A DNA stretch of 64,000 bases from Eledone cirrhosa (GCA_964016885.1 OZ024750.1:10974001-11038000), one strand, 5' to 3'. Counted from the stretch's first letter, positions 25,133-38,856 are shown. Program-made: numbers and translations. The notes: generated by a model not told the origin, from the letters alone.

Positions 25133-25235
25133 ATATCTATATGCAATGCCCTTTGGGTGAAATGATTCTGTATGAAAGAGAAAACGTAAAGGAAGGGAAA
25201 TAGATTCGGACAAACCATGTCAACCTTCTTTCCTG

Positions 25236-25371
<136 letters not shown>

Positions 25372-25808
25372 TAAGACAGGGAGGAAGAAAAAATGGCTTC
25401 ACTTGTGCTTTCAACAAATTTATTTTCTTCACAAAATCCCAAAAGAATTTTTCTTAAAAAAAATTATTTTATAAATTAAGTTGTTGGTTGTTGGTTAGGT
25501 CTTAGGAGTTCTTGGTTAACGTAGGAGGTATTGTTTCGTTTTTAGAAAGACCTTTCACGCTGAGGTGCGCTTGTCAAACTGATGTGTATGTGGTGTGTTG
25601 TTCTATATATAGGGATTTAACATGTCTGTGGTGTGGTGGGGTTTCTTTTCTCCCCCTTTAATAAGTGCATGGGTGTAGGTGTGTTGAAAAAGTGTTCATA
25701 GCAGTAATGAGTTGAGACGGTGAGTAGGGTTGGGTGGGGAGAAATTTAGCAAGTGCGGCCTGCCCCGGTCATTCTCGAAAAATTCCTTTATTCAGGGGAA
25801 AAAGCTTT
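25372..25808 (-). mobile_element. TA-embedded cassette with TATA/Inr promoter and degenerate HHR-like motifs
   Basis: Bounded by (TA)n; minus-strand TATATATA begins at 25611 and the A of a TCAGTT initiator is at 25580 (31 nt); CCC-CTGAATA...GAGAA..GACC-GGGG near 25765-25798. Confidence 0.5.
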
Positions 25809-25867
25809 TTATATATATATATAATATATATATATATATAATATATATATAATATATATATATATAT

Positions 25868-25898
<31 letters not shown>

Positions 25899-25926
25899 AT
25901 ATATACATAATATATATATATATATA

Positions 25927-25958
<32 letters not shown>

Positions 25959-26889
25959 GAAGAGAGGAGTGATTGTATGTGTGTAAGTGATAAAATGCAT
26001 GTCACATGCAGAAAGTTTGTTTTATCTTCTGATCTGCCGCTGGCCTTTCACTCCCCACCAACACACACATTCTAATATTTTATTCATTATTTTCACATCA
26101 CATATTATAATAAATGTCTGTGCCACGTGTCTCTGGAATTAAATTCAAAACATTTTATATAGATTATTTTGGAACAGATGTCAAACAATTTGTCAACATT
26201 TGTGATAATTCGTGAAGATAGATATGGCAACGTTATTTCAAGACAACCAGGCAAACTTTGAGTCTCATCGTATAAATACAAAGCAAACCCAATTTGATAT
26301 AACCTTTATCACACATTATACAGATCTCATATGATATGCGTTACAACAAATTAAAAGATCTACGATAAGATAAACAAATGACAATAAAAGCTGTTAACGT
26401 ATGTCATGACTGGAAAATCTGACGCCCTCGTTTGTATCACTAGTATTATAGTAAAACTAATAAATATAAACGAGATAAAACATCCCAGTTTCAAAACTGC
26501 AGTTGCATATTAGTTCTACTAGACAATTCTCATCAATAATTGATGCTTTCCACCAGAGACAGGAATCAACAAGTCTAACACCTGTTGTTCTGTAGGCTTA
26601 TATAATATAATTATTATAAAGTATTCACAAAACCCAATATCAAATAGAGTCATGATAATTCCATATGCAAATAGAAATCCAGAACTTCAATACTTTTACA
26701 CTGCAGCACTTTGTTATCAATTATTCAGGATATTACCAACAATATATAATCTGAGTTTTTATGAATAAATAAATAATTTTATTTCGTGTAAGTGTTATAA
26801 AGTTAGGCTCAGTGAAAAGAATGCTGAAAGAAAATACTTGATGTTCACGTGAAATTAATGCAAGTTATTCACTAAATAAGATGGAATTG

Positions 26890-27400
26890 TGAAGTTAACT
26901 ATGGTGTGGGGGACTATAAGAAGGCCTACGACCTAGTCGCCCATAGTTGGATATTAGTGTCTCTGAAATTTACTTAAGTGCCCGACACTGTAACTAGGTT
27001 TATAGAAAGATCGATAGCCCGCTGAAGAGTTAATTTCTTGTGAGGAACAGTTAGGCTCTGTTAAGATAGAAGGGATATATTTCAGGGAGACAGTTTATTT
27101 CTCATCTGCATGATAACCCTGACCCAAGTCATTAGAAAAGTGAAAACCAGATAGGTGCTAGATGATAATAAGATCAACTATTTGTTATTCATGTCTGATT
27201 TAAGGTTATTTACAAAAATAAAAAAAGACGAAATTGACAGCTTAACATCTACAGAAAACCTGATTAATCAGAATATTGGGATCAAACAATGTGGTGCTGT
27301 AACCTTCAGACGTCGAAAACTAACAAGAAGTAGAGGGGAAAGAGTTTTCAAATGGCCAGACTATTAACAAAGTGGGAGAAGAAGGATGCAAGTATCTGGA
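26890..27400 (+). mobile_element. R4/Dong-like non-LTR reverse transcriptase remnant
   Basis: Motifs across frameshifts and stops: DYKKAYDLVAHSWI, RDIFQGDSL, INYLLFMSDLRLF (YxDD-box equivalent), GEEGCKYL. Confidence 0.8.
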
Positions 27401-28127
27401 AGACTACACCCTAAGCTACAACGTTTCTTTAAAATGATAATGTACTATACAGATACAAATTTTATTTCTCGTATTTGTAATCAAGGGGATATGTGTCGAG
27501 TCATCAACTTGCTATATTTTATTAAACCATTTTCTTTTTTTTTTCCCTAGTACATTTAACATTTAACATATTTGTAGAGAGAAGAAATTAAGTTAATGAC
27601 TAAATAACATGTACACAATGGTATAAATACTAATTTCCTCTAATGAGTCATGGCAACAACACTAATTACTTCCAAATATTTGATGTTCAATACTATTTCA
27701 CATTGAATGCTTTAATCAATCTTTTTGAAAACTCTGCTAAATCAAATACTCAAAGTTTAACTTTGAATATAATCGATGTTCGATGTCATGCAACTCGGAA
27801 GAGGGTGGTTTAATTTCAATCAAATTAATATTAGCATTGTTTAAAAACAATGGTTTCTGAATTAAGCACAAGGCCAGAAATTTTGAGGGAGGGAAAGTCA
27901 ATTAAATCGACCCCTGTACGTTTATTGTTTCCCTTTTAAAATTATTTTTTTTATTACTTGTCTCACTAGCTTTCTTTTTATTACCAACTGTAAGGAGTAC
28001 TTGATACTCCCCCTAGCCTGTCATTGCTTACAACCTATATATAGACGTTTAAATTGAATAAATAAATGTATAGAGATTTTTTAGTGAAAAAAACAGTGGA
28101 GAAAATGAAAGAGGGGAGAATATATAG

Positions 28128-28208
<81 letters not shown>

Positions 28209-28928
28209 CACTTAACTAGCAGAATTTGCAAATCTATATTGGCACATCATTTACAGTTGCTGATATCGTTTCTAGAATCCTTAACAAATCAAGTGAAGAA
28301 TTTCTAAATAATAAGATTAATTGGCAGAAATCGTACAGACAGCTGAAATTAATAACTTGCTAAACATTATGATCAATAACTTTTAAGTTATTCCTTGAAA
28401 ACTAGTAAAACTTTTCAGCATATAAACATATCTATTTCTGGATAAATCCCATTAAATTAACAATTGTATTCGAATTCTTATGTCTGCTATGCTAATTAAT
28501 TAAGTCTATGTAATGCCAATCGTAATTTCCCAAGAGCCCTTTGAAATGTAATGTAATACTAGTGAATCTACGTGCAGTCAACTAACTAAGACACAGTTAA
28601 CCCTCTCACCTTTTCCGTCCCTGTCTTATCTTTCTCTCCCTTTCCTTATATGTGTGGATAGTAGTACCTGTGCGTCTTACAAGTTAAACAAAATACTCAT
28701 TTGTCTAATATTCTCTAAAATTATCAGCTTTATTGATAAAGGTAATTATCAAGGCGAGGCAATGAAACCTAATACGTGTAGTGGATATATTAAATGAAAT
28801 ATGTTGATACCAAACTCTTCTCCTTTTTACATTGAAGCTTCTTCGTAAAACACTGAACGAAGTAGTATTCTTTGTTAGCTCCTTCACCCATTATTCTATT
28901 GGACAACAATTTCTATCACGAATATCAA

Positions 28929-29030
28929 TAATTGTTTCTACTTTTGGCACAAGGCCAGCAATTAACCCAGTGTATTACTGGTACTTTATTTTATCGACCC
29001 CGTAAGGATGAAAGGCAAAGTTAACCTCGG
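28929..29030 (-). mobile_element. SINE family 1, 5'-truncated
   Basis: 3' half of consensus. Confidence 0.85.
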
Positions 29031-29642
29031 CCAATCGCTCTTCTCCCGCGTCTTTAATTACAAAACTTCACGCTATTAATAACTATTTTATTTTGTCTTC
29101 TAATTCTAAACATTCACTTCTATACTTATATCAAATATATTTACATTCACTTATTAAAGTATAGATAGCCGTTAGCAATACAACTTGAGAACCAGTCGTT
29201 CTGTATTAATTAAATAAATACTAACACACAGATCATTAAAATGAATTGATTATAAATAATATAACATTAAAATCTACATTTTCGCAGGAATTACTTCTTC
29301 GAAATATTTGATATTTGTAGTGTTTGAGATCTAAATGGTTATTACATATTGTTAGAATAATAATTGCATTACAAAATCGCACCTAACGTCAACTTCGATA
29401 ATACGATGTAAATTTTGGTTTTCTATTCAAGCAAACACTTGCAAACGAATGAAAAGAGGAAGAACGGATACGGAAATCCTATATTTATCTCTAATAAGGA
29501 TAACTATTAATATAATAATTTATAGCCAAACGTTCGGTAATTATGAAAGTTCTGGTCGAGGATTTGAACATCTTCCAATTCTTCGGTCTTTTAGAACACT
29601 TGCGATATACTGCCAATTAAACATTGGTAGAAGTGCATAGCG

Positions 29643-29822
29643 AGGGCGGCATATTGGCAAAGTGCGGCATATTGGCAGAGTCGTGAAGATGTCGGATATA
29701 ATGTATTACAGTATTCATGCCGGGTCTCTGCTCTGAGTTTAAATCCCGCCAAAGTCAATATTGCCTTTCATCCGTTCGAGATCGATACAAAAAGAAAATA
29801 CCAGTCTAGTACTGGGATCGAT
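29643..29822 (+). mobile_element. older SINE family 1-related copy
   Basis: GGCGG..ATTGGCAG...TGAGTTTAAATCCCGCC...TTGCCTTTCATCCGTTCGAGATCGATA. Confidence 0.7.
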
Positions 29823-29972
29823 TCTTTCTATATATCTCTTTTTCACTTCATTTCTTTCAATCTCTCTAGCCTCTCCTGGAAGAAATCTGGTGCATTCAGA
29901 CCCGGAAAAGAGATGGGCGCCGCCAGGTTTAAAAATAGCCTAGAAACAGCGTATGGCAACATATACATATAC

Positions 29973-30033
<61 letters not shown>

Positions 30034-30056
30034 TATATATATATATATATATATAT

Positions 30057-30401
30057 ATGAATGTATGTATAGTATATTTGGCAATATACCGTATATTTAA
30101 TTAGAAACATTTAGAAGATCATTCGCTATCAGTTTTAAATTAGTGACTATGTCACTTACTTATATTTGGAGAATGGCTGACAGCTGGAGTGCGTGGCTTT
30201 AATAAACGCCAAGCAGCGAGAAACAGCTGTCAACCATTCTCCCAGCCTTTGCCGAGTATAATAAGTGACATAGTCACTACTTTAAAACCGATAGCGAATG
30301 TTCTTCTAAATGTTTTTTAATTAAACATACGGTATATAGCCAAATATACTATACATATATTCATGTATACATCGCTATTTCAGAGCACCAATACTAATAC
30401 C
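30057..30401 (+). mobile_element. family F fold-back element (130/140-bp arms plus 37-bp tail) with HHR 3' half
   Basis: 30057-30186 is inverted relative to 30224-30364; GAAAC-AGCT-GTC at 30220-30231; (TA)n on both sides. Confidence 0.7.
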
Positions 30402-31044
30402 TATATATATATATGATATATAGTGAACCCACACTGACCAATGTAGATTGTTCATTTCAAATATCTATATAAATTATGCTACACACACAAGAACACGTAT
30501 ACTATATATACTAGTTGTATAAAATAACTATTTATTTTTAGTTTTGATAAAAAAAATAAAATTTCGTTCAATAATATAATTGTCGAAAGCAACTGATGCG
30601 TATACTCGTATATTCGGCGTATAGAGCAATAAATGGTAAATCTTTGCTTCTGTGAACAGAGACACTTTTAAAAGAAATCAATTTGATAGGACGGAGATTC
30701 TATAATTTTCATATATTTCGGGCAATAACCTATATTTTACAAAGTTATATATTGTAAAACGTGTAACATCATATACTATTTTTATTGAATGTAAGTTTTC
30801 TTCTAATATAAATTATAACAACAACAAAAGCACAGAAAATATTTACGTCATGAGAATCTCATATATCCTCTTTTTATTGCAGAAATATAGAAATATATAT
30901 TTTATAGATGCATTGAATATTGCTCCACAAAATCTCACACATACACACGCTCGCTCTCGCTTTCTCTCTCACCCCCTCATACATACAAACACACACACAC
31001 ACACACACAATATATATATATATATAAATATATATGGAAGCTTA

Positions 31045-31078
31045 AAAATTTAGTATGTACTGCAACTTTTGGGCCACC

Positions 31079-31083
<5 letters not shown>
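31045..31083 (+). mobile_element. Tc1/mariner-type terminal inverted repeat end
   Basis: ACTTTTGGGCCACCCTG followed by TA. Confidence 0.5.
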
Positions 31084-31128
<45 letters not shown>

Positions 31129-31134
<6 letters not shown>

Positions 31135-32352
31135 CCTCCTTTGCAAACGGTGGGTGAAACCATTGACTTATGTTGAATATTGTATTTTGTAAATTTCCTT
31201 CGCCGTGTCAGTATCTTCTTCAAAGTGGATGGCGTCAGTGAAAGTTATATATCATGAACTTCTGTATCAATAAAGCAGTGTTCAATCTCATCCTCATCCT
31301 AGAAATGCAATGACATCCGCAACATTAGCTGCCTTGTCACATTTCCAACCAAACATAAATTTAGATATTTAGATATTCTCTTGTTGATAAATTTAAAATA
31401 ATACATTTAAGTGATAATGGTCTGACAGAGAATATAATTCAGCAAATTCTTTAGAGTATACATATGTCTATATATATATATATATATATATGTAGGGAGA
31501 GATGACCCCTTAGCCTTTGTCAAGGCAGAATTCTAGGAGAAGGAAAACTCTGATATAACACCTGCAACCCTGATGGTATCCAATGATGTTGACTTGTTCT
31601 TCTTTTTGGTAAATATCATCTTGGTTAAGAGAGTGGGACTGGCTTTGTGCAGTGCCTTTCCTCACTATAAAAGCTTCACAGCACAGGCATTGCTTTATAT
31701 CTGGAGATCTCTCTGCACTTGTCGTCACATGGTACCATGGGCCTAGCACTATGTGTCAATAATTGTCACAAGTGTAGTCTTTGTACCAGAGTTTTCAAGT
31801 CGCTGGCTGGACTAAAAAGTCACACTTGTTTAGCGCATCGGTAGGGGTTCTCCTACATGGATATAAAGTAGTGGCCGTACTCGAAAACGAGTTGGCAGCC
31901 ACCATATGTAGTCTATATATATATATACGCGTGGAGAGAATGGAAAAGATAGCAGTGAATTCACGACTATCAAACTCGCTGTTCATTATTTTAGACATAT
32001 GTATACTCTAAAGAATTTGCTGAATTATATTCTCGGTGACGAGTTATACAGACCATTATCACTTAAATGTATTATTTTAAATTTATCAACAAGAGAATAT
32101 CTTTGAGAAACAAGAGAAAATTTATGTTTGGTTGGAAATGTGACAAGGCAGCTAATGTTGCGGATGTCATTGCATTTCTAGGATGAGGATGAGATTGAAC
32201 ACTGCTTTATTGATACAGAAGTTCATGATATATAACTTTCACTGACGCCATCCACTTTGAAGACAGATACTGACACGGCGAAGGAAATTTATAAAATACA
32301 ATGTTCAACATAAGTCAATGGTTTCACCCACCGTTTGCAAAGGAGGTTTCAT
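31129..32352. repeat. large inverted repeat (arms 31129-31470 and 31992-32352)
   Basis: Arms are near-identical reverse complements with two indel regions. Confidence 0.9.
31491..31857 (+). mobile_element. probable LTR (TG...CA)
   Basis: Starts TGTAGGGAGA...ACCCCT and ends AGGGGTTCTCCTACA (imperfect terminal inverted repeat); internal TATAAAA 31666-72; followed by TGG; no clear TSD. Confidence 0.5.
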
Positions 32353-32720
32353 TTACCTCTCCAAGTACCGGTCGCTCTCCGACAGGTTCGCGGTGGTGCC
32401 CATGACAGTGGAGTCTTCTGTTGTCCTTGGCCCTAGGGCTACCTCCCTACTCACCACCATAGGCGCTGAGCTGTCCAGCCGCAAACGTGAGCCTCGCGAG
32501 TTGGAAAGGCTCTTCCAGCGCATCTCACTTACCATCCTCCGGAGAAACGACTTCTCCATTCTGTCCGCCGGAGCTGTGGGGACGCCAGCACGTGGGACCC
32601 CATTCGCCCACCATACAGAGAGATGGGGGGATGGCGAGAAAGATGGAGGCGATGACAGTGGGAGATCGGCTCTTCCACGTTCGGACCATATCCTTGTGAT
32701 TGTATTCATTAAGCAATTAA
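32353..32720 (+). mobile_element. CRE-clade non-LTR retrotransposon 3' end (restriction-like endonuclease C-terminus and 3' UTR)
   Basis: KYRSLSDRFAVVPMTVESSVVLGPRATSLLTTIGAELSSRKREPRELERLFQRISLTILRRNDFSIL matches the CRE pattern KY..L...F.P.AVET.G..G..A...PRE...LFQRIS...QRGNA.SI. Confidence 0.8.
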
Positions 32721-34534
32721 TGAGTCACTGCCACCATAATCACCCCCAACCTATTTATTTATCTAACTTTACATTACTTTACCTCAACTGTTGTAGTATT
32801 TGACGGCACGTATATACTACTATAGTATTTTACGAAAAAATATTTGCAATAAACAAACATTTGAAAAATAGAAGGAAACCAATTTCAGGAAAGTGAATGC
32901 CAATAAATCTATATTTTTCAGACAATGCTGATATTCTATTACTCTCTTTAATAACAACTTCAGAGGTAATGAGGAAGATTACTTTATTTGGTTATGCCGC
33001 AACAACAATAGTTTGCTTTGAATGTTGCACATTTTATAGGTGTTGCTGATGTTTCTCCCATAAAACATTTTAAGAGACAACAGAAGAAATTATAACAATT
33101 TTTAACAATAACTAAAACTTTCCATCATTAATAATAATTTCTCATTTCAATGCCATTCAACTTATATATTGTTGAACATATAGTCGAGATAAAATTTCAT
33201 TCATGCCGTGTTGTAATTGGGTAAACTAGCATTGTAGTATATTTTAATTGATATATACATAGCAGATTCAAAACATATGGTTCATATATGTGTTAAGATG
33301 CCTGACAAATTCTATTATTGTTATGCAGTTTAAGAGTAAATATACGGCGAAAAAAAAATTATTTATGACTACAGAAATGCAATAAAACAGAAAAATATAC
33401 ATAAATAAAATTATAGACATAAAAAAAAATACTTTAGAAATTTAAGATTTATCTTAACGTTATAGTTACTCAAACCCAAAGTTCACTAAACCCTTTCACC
33501 TGCCGTCCAGAATATATACTAAACAATTGTTAGCCTTGTTAAACTGGCTGCCTCGAATTTTAGTTGGAAGCTTCCCCTCTTTTCTCAACACACCTTATTT
33601 TTGTGAGTCTTAGAGTTAATTTTTCCGTACACATTTCTCTAGAAGTTCATAGGTATATGTTGCATTTACAGCTATCCCCATATCTTCACTCTATGTTGTG
33701 TTGCATAATCTCAGTAATAGTAATAAGCTGTGTTGAGACTTGGAGAAATTGAAACGGTTATTAGTTCTGTGATGCAAACGAAAAATGCTCCGAAGCTGGC
33801 GAGTAATCTAAACAGGTGAATGCATCACAGACTTATCTATAGTCTGTACATGGAAAGGAAGCGTAGCATTCAAATGAAACACTCTGCGAAGTTATAAATA
33901 TATTTAATGTGAGCTCCCAGTACTGAATTCAGATATGATGATATACTTAAGACAAAACAAAAAACGAGAACCAATGGACATTATTTGGGGTGTATTGCCA
34001 TATGGATACCTCAACTGATTATCTTCGAAGGAAACTTCTTAAATATGCATAACACCAATTTTATACAAGTGTATTGAAGGTGATGAATTTCTCCACAGAG
34101 AGGAGTTTTGAAAGAAGTCAAAACCGTGAACATTTTAATACTGAATCAAATATGTGAAAACAAAATAAAGAGAGGTTTGGGTTAGGCTCTCTAACATCCA
34201 ATCAACTTTCACAGTCCTACTGTAGACGAGAGTGTCAATTGAATCAAATGTGTCAAATAAAATTTGCTATAATTCAAATAAATTATGTTATACATTTCTC
34301 ACCTTTATATTTCTGTTATGGAACACTGAGATAATTGTTTCAGCCAAGAAAATGGTATTTCCTGAAGACGTGTGGGTTTTTATCAAATTATGCATAAGCA
34401 ATATTAAATGAAATGCAAATTAACAAAATTTTAAACCTGAAGGTGGTATATCAGGTTTACAAAATATTGATTATGTTTATAGACACAAAGGAAACATTCT
34501 TTCTACTATATATATATATTATATATATATAATA

Positions 34535-34627
<93 letters not shown>

Positions 34628-34821
34628 ATATATATATATATATTGCAAACTTGACTGTCACCACACATTATGAACCTGAAGATTGCGAAAGCATGAAAGT
34701 ACTTGTTCAATTAACACTTAGAAGTTAATATTCTATCATACTATTTCATTATAATACCATCATAAATTTTAAAGGATTGTAAATAAAACGAGTAGATCAG
34801 ACAAAGTTGGAATTCCTCTTA

Positions 34822-34876
<55 letters not shown>

Positions 34877-34879
<3 letters not shown>

Positions 34880-35061
34880 TTATAAGAATCAAAGAACTGT
34901 TCAAAACATTTTTATGCTTACAACTGTTTCCTCCAAACCGAGGTTTGGTTTCTTCGGAGCAATTTATTATTGAATGATCACTTATATGACCTCCTTTTCA
35001 CCCAAGAGACATACAGATACATATGCAAATATTGCATAACCATAAATAGTATACTTAATAC
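34877..35061 (-). mobile_element. family E cassette in (TA)n
   Basis: Unique island bounded by TA runs and carrying the HHR listed next. Confidence 0.6.
34915..34961 (-). ncRNA. hammerhead ribozyme variant (core CCGAAGA)
   Basis: Minus strand TGCT-CCGAAGA-AA-CCAAAC-CTCG-GTTTGG-AG-GAAA-C-AGTT-G-TA-AGCA: stems I, II and a minimal stem III, with a GUA triplet. Confidence 0.65.
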
Positions 35062-35635
35062 TATATATATATATATATATAATAGGAAGCGTCGTGTTTG
35101 TGATTAATGTGTAATTTTAAATCTAGATATATTACCGCGTGTGTTTTATGTGTAATATGTAAAATTGTAAAACTTTACTGAAGATATACTCGGTACAGAC
35201 GATAGAATTTCTGTTTAAAAGAAAGACTAACACTTTTCGCATGTGGTTGGCTTTCCAGAGAGTTTGGCAGGACCTGTCATATAGGTGGCGTAAATCACAA
35301 ATATTTCTATGTCACCTTTTTCATAATTTCTGTTGATGCGATGCGGTTCTTTTTATTTTCGTATAATGTCTATTTTAAAATTTCGATTATATTTACAATT
35401 GTATAAATAACATTACAAAAAGCAGATATGGGAAAGTAGAGGGAAGGACTATAAGAGAATGAAAGGCGAAGCTCGCGTAGGTGAGATTTGAACAGAGAAT
35501 GTGAAGGGGGGGGGGTTACGTAACTATATGCCGCACAGCATGTCTGACGCTCTACCGTTGAACTTAATGATGATAATAATAATACTACTGATAAAAACAA
35601 CAATGGCAAAAAAGAATATTATAAGTTTCTGTGAA

Positions 35636-35677
<42 letters not shown>

Positions 35678-36552
35678 GTTGTTGTTGTAGGTAAATGTTG
35701 CAAATTCGTGTTATATAAAAAAAAAGTAAAATAAGGATACAATAAAACGTAAATTAAACAAGGCAAACAAAGGTAAAAAACACAGAGAAAGATATAAACA
35801 ATATTGACAATGAAAATACTTCAGAAAGGAATATGAAATGATCTGTCGTTTCAGATTAGACAATTTATCTAAGAACTGTATCAGAAGAAAAGGAAAAAGA
35901 ATGAAATAAGAAATTAAATGTTATAATGATATGGAGTTCAAAAGTAAATATGGCCTTCTGCGAAATACGTATTAGACCATTAGAGCGGAAGTGAAACAGC
36001 AAGCTAAGCTCTGGTAACAATAGGTAGCAAGAAGGATACAGGGAAGTCAGAAGAAAAAGATATCTATCTAAAATATTATGTATATATTTGCATTATATAA
36101 ATAATATATTGTTTTATGTGTGCTAAAACATACTTGCTCCAATTTTCCTCTATGTGTAAATATATTTGTATATGTCCAACCTCCTGTAAACCTATTTTGT
36201 AAAACCTTCTGTGAGAACATCTGTGTCAAATCAATAATGAAATTATTATCAATATGACGGTGATCTTTGGATTTTATAGTTTATGTACAAAATTCAGGAA
36301 ATCCTAATGGAACGCGGATTATGGAAAATTTGTTTTGTATAAAACTTTATTTCCATTAAGATTCTATTGTTTTTACACTTATTTCACAAACTGAGTTCTG
36401 GTGTTTCTTTAACAATACCGCAACTAAATTGTTGCCGGCGCCTTTGAAAATAATAAGTTGTCGATTGTATAGAATTGCATTTAACGTGTGAGTATTAGAC
36501 ATAAAACTATACCTAACGATGTGTTAATCAAGACATTATCTCTGCCATTATT

Positions 36553-37097
<545 letters not shown>

Positions 37098-37386
37098 TGA
37101 CGCTGAAAACACTTCATTTGTATAGTGACAGCTATCGGGGTATAAAATTATATAACCAAGGGATATTATAAAACAAAGGAAATAACGATAAAATTGCAAC
37201 ATTACAAAATGCAATTATATTGGACCACACTGTTGTCTTGTCTTCTTTATACCACTATTATATATTTGTTATTTTCCTTATATTAACTCTATCAGTGTCG
37301 AAATCGATTAGCTGGAACGAATTTCTTTCATCTTTTACTTACAGCGCCGTCATTTGGAATACATTTTTTGATCTTGTTTTTCATTG

Positions 37387-37492
<106 letters not shown>

Positions 37493-37791
37493 TACAAGTT
37501 GAAACTTGCTCATTACGGAATCTTCGTATTTCTTACAACTCTTTCATGTTCATTGTAGAAAGTATTGATATTAGTTATGCAATATGTGTATGTATGTGTG
37601 TCTATGTGTGGGAGAAGGAGAGAAAGATAGAAAAAAAAAAGAGATAAAGAGAAGATAAAGTGATATTAGAGTATACATCACTGTAGAGAATAAGAAGCAT
37701 CTACTATAAGAGGGGCGAAAAAACTGTAAATAGAAACCTACGATTCTTAAATATTAATTTATCAGGATTTATTTTAAACTAGAACATCTAA

Positions 37792-37852
<61 letters not shown>

Positions 37853-37856
<4 letters not shown>

Positions 37857-38033
37857 GTTTCTACTTTAGGCACAAGGCCAGCAATTACCCAGTGCATTAC
37901 TGGTACTTTATTTTATCGACCCCGTAAGGATGAAAGGCAAAGTTAACCTCGGCGGGATTTGAACTCAGAATGGAAAGGACCATAACTCTATGCTGCAAAG
38001 CATGGCGTCAGACCCTCTACCGATACTGCCAAT
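37853..38033 (-). mobile_element. SINE family 1
   Basis: Consensus match; tail in (TA)n. Confidence 0.9.
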
Positions 38034-38043
38034 TCAATATATA

Positions 38044-38232
38044 TAATTGTTTCTACTTTAGGCACAAGGCCAGCAATTACCCAGTGCATTACTGGTACTT
38101 TATTTTATCGACCCCGTAAGGATGAAAGGCAAAGTCAACCTCGGCGGGAGTTGAACTCAGATCGTAAAGGGACGTAACTATGCTGGAAAGCATGGCGTCC
38201 GACCCTCTACCCATACTGCCAATCCACCGCCC
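38044..38232 (-). mobile_element. SINE family 1 with TSD
   Basis: Consensus match; TTCAATATATATAAT on both flanks. Confidence 0.9.
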
Positions 38233-38407
38233 TTCAATATATATAATGAAAGAGGATATGCTCCGAAATCAATAGACGTGTCCAAGGAACCTGCATGCCT
38301 AGAGTCAGGTCAAGCCACACACAGATCGCACCTCGAGCTGTTCGCCGGGGAAACAATTGTAACACGCAATAAATTGAGTTCCGATGCATCACTGATTTTT
38401 CGTTTTC

Positions 38408-38477
<70 letters not shown>

Positions 38478-38598
38478 GTGAAGGCGTGTGGCTGAGTGGT
38501 TAGAGTATTGGATTCACAATCGTGAGGTTGTGAGTTCGATTCCTGAACCAGGCGATGCGTTATGTCCTTGAGCAAGACACTTTATTTCACGTTGCTCC
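38478..38598 (+). mobile_element. tRNA-derived CORE-like SINE (family 2)
   Basis: A box TGGCTGAGTGG, B box GTTCGATTCC, then TGTCCTTGAGCAAGACACTTTATTTCACGTTGCTCC. Confidence 0.8.
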
Positions 38599-38660
38599 TT
38601 CTACCTGGAGTTGCGACCGATAGATAGTATTAGCAATTGGAAAGACCAACGGAAACATAG

Positions 38661-38700
38661 TTTCCTCGGTCCGATTTGACGAAAGTCGATCGACTAGAAA
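38661..38700 (+). ncRNA. decayed hammerhead motif with palindromic stem III
   Basis: TTTC-CTCG(core with deletions)-GTC-CGATTT-GAC-GAAA-GTCGATCGAC-TA-GAAA, followed by (TA)n. Confidence 0.5.
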
Positions 38701-38707
38701 ATAAAAT

Positions 38708-38735
<28 letters not shown>

Positions 38736-38743
<8 letters not shown>

Positions 38744-38856
38744 TAACAGATTAAAGTTTAAGCAAAGAATCGCTGCTTTCATCCTTAACGGGGAAAGCAG
38801 CGATTCTTTGCTTAAACTTTAATCTGTTATTCTAATAAATATTTGCTTATGGTTTT
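38736..38856 (+). mobile_element. family G fold-back element (45-bp arms)
   Basis: 38736-38780 is inverted relative to 38793-38837 with a 12-nt spacer and a short tail, in TA context. Confidence 0.7.

Noticed and set aside
32318-32803. 161-aa ORF as a host gene
   Set aside because: It is a chimera of the inverted-repeat arm, the CRE C-terminus and flanking DNA.
38480-38552. tRNA gene
   Set aside because: A and B boxes are present but run into a SINE core with no acceptor stem closure or T-run terminator; it is a SINE head.
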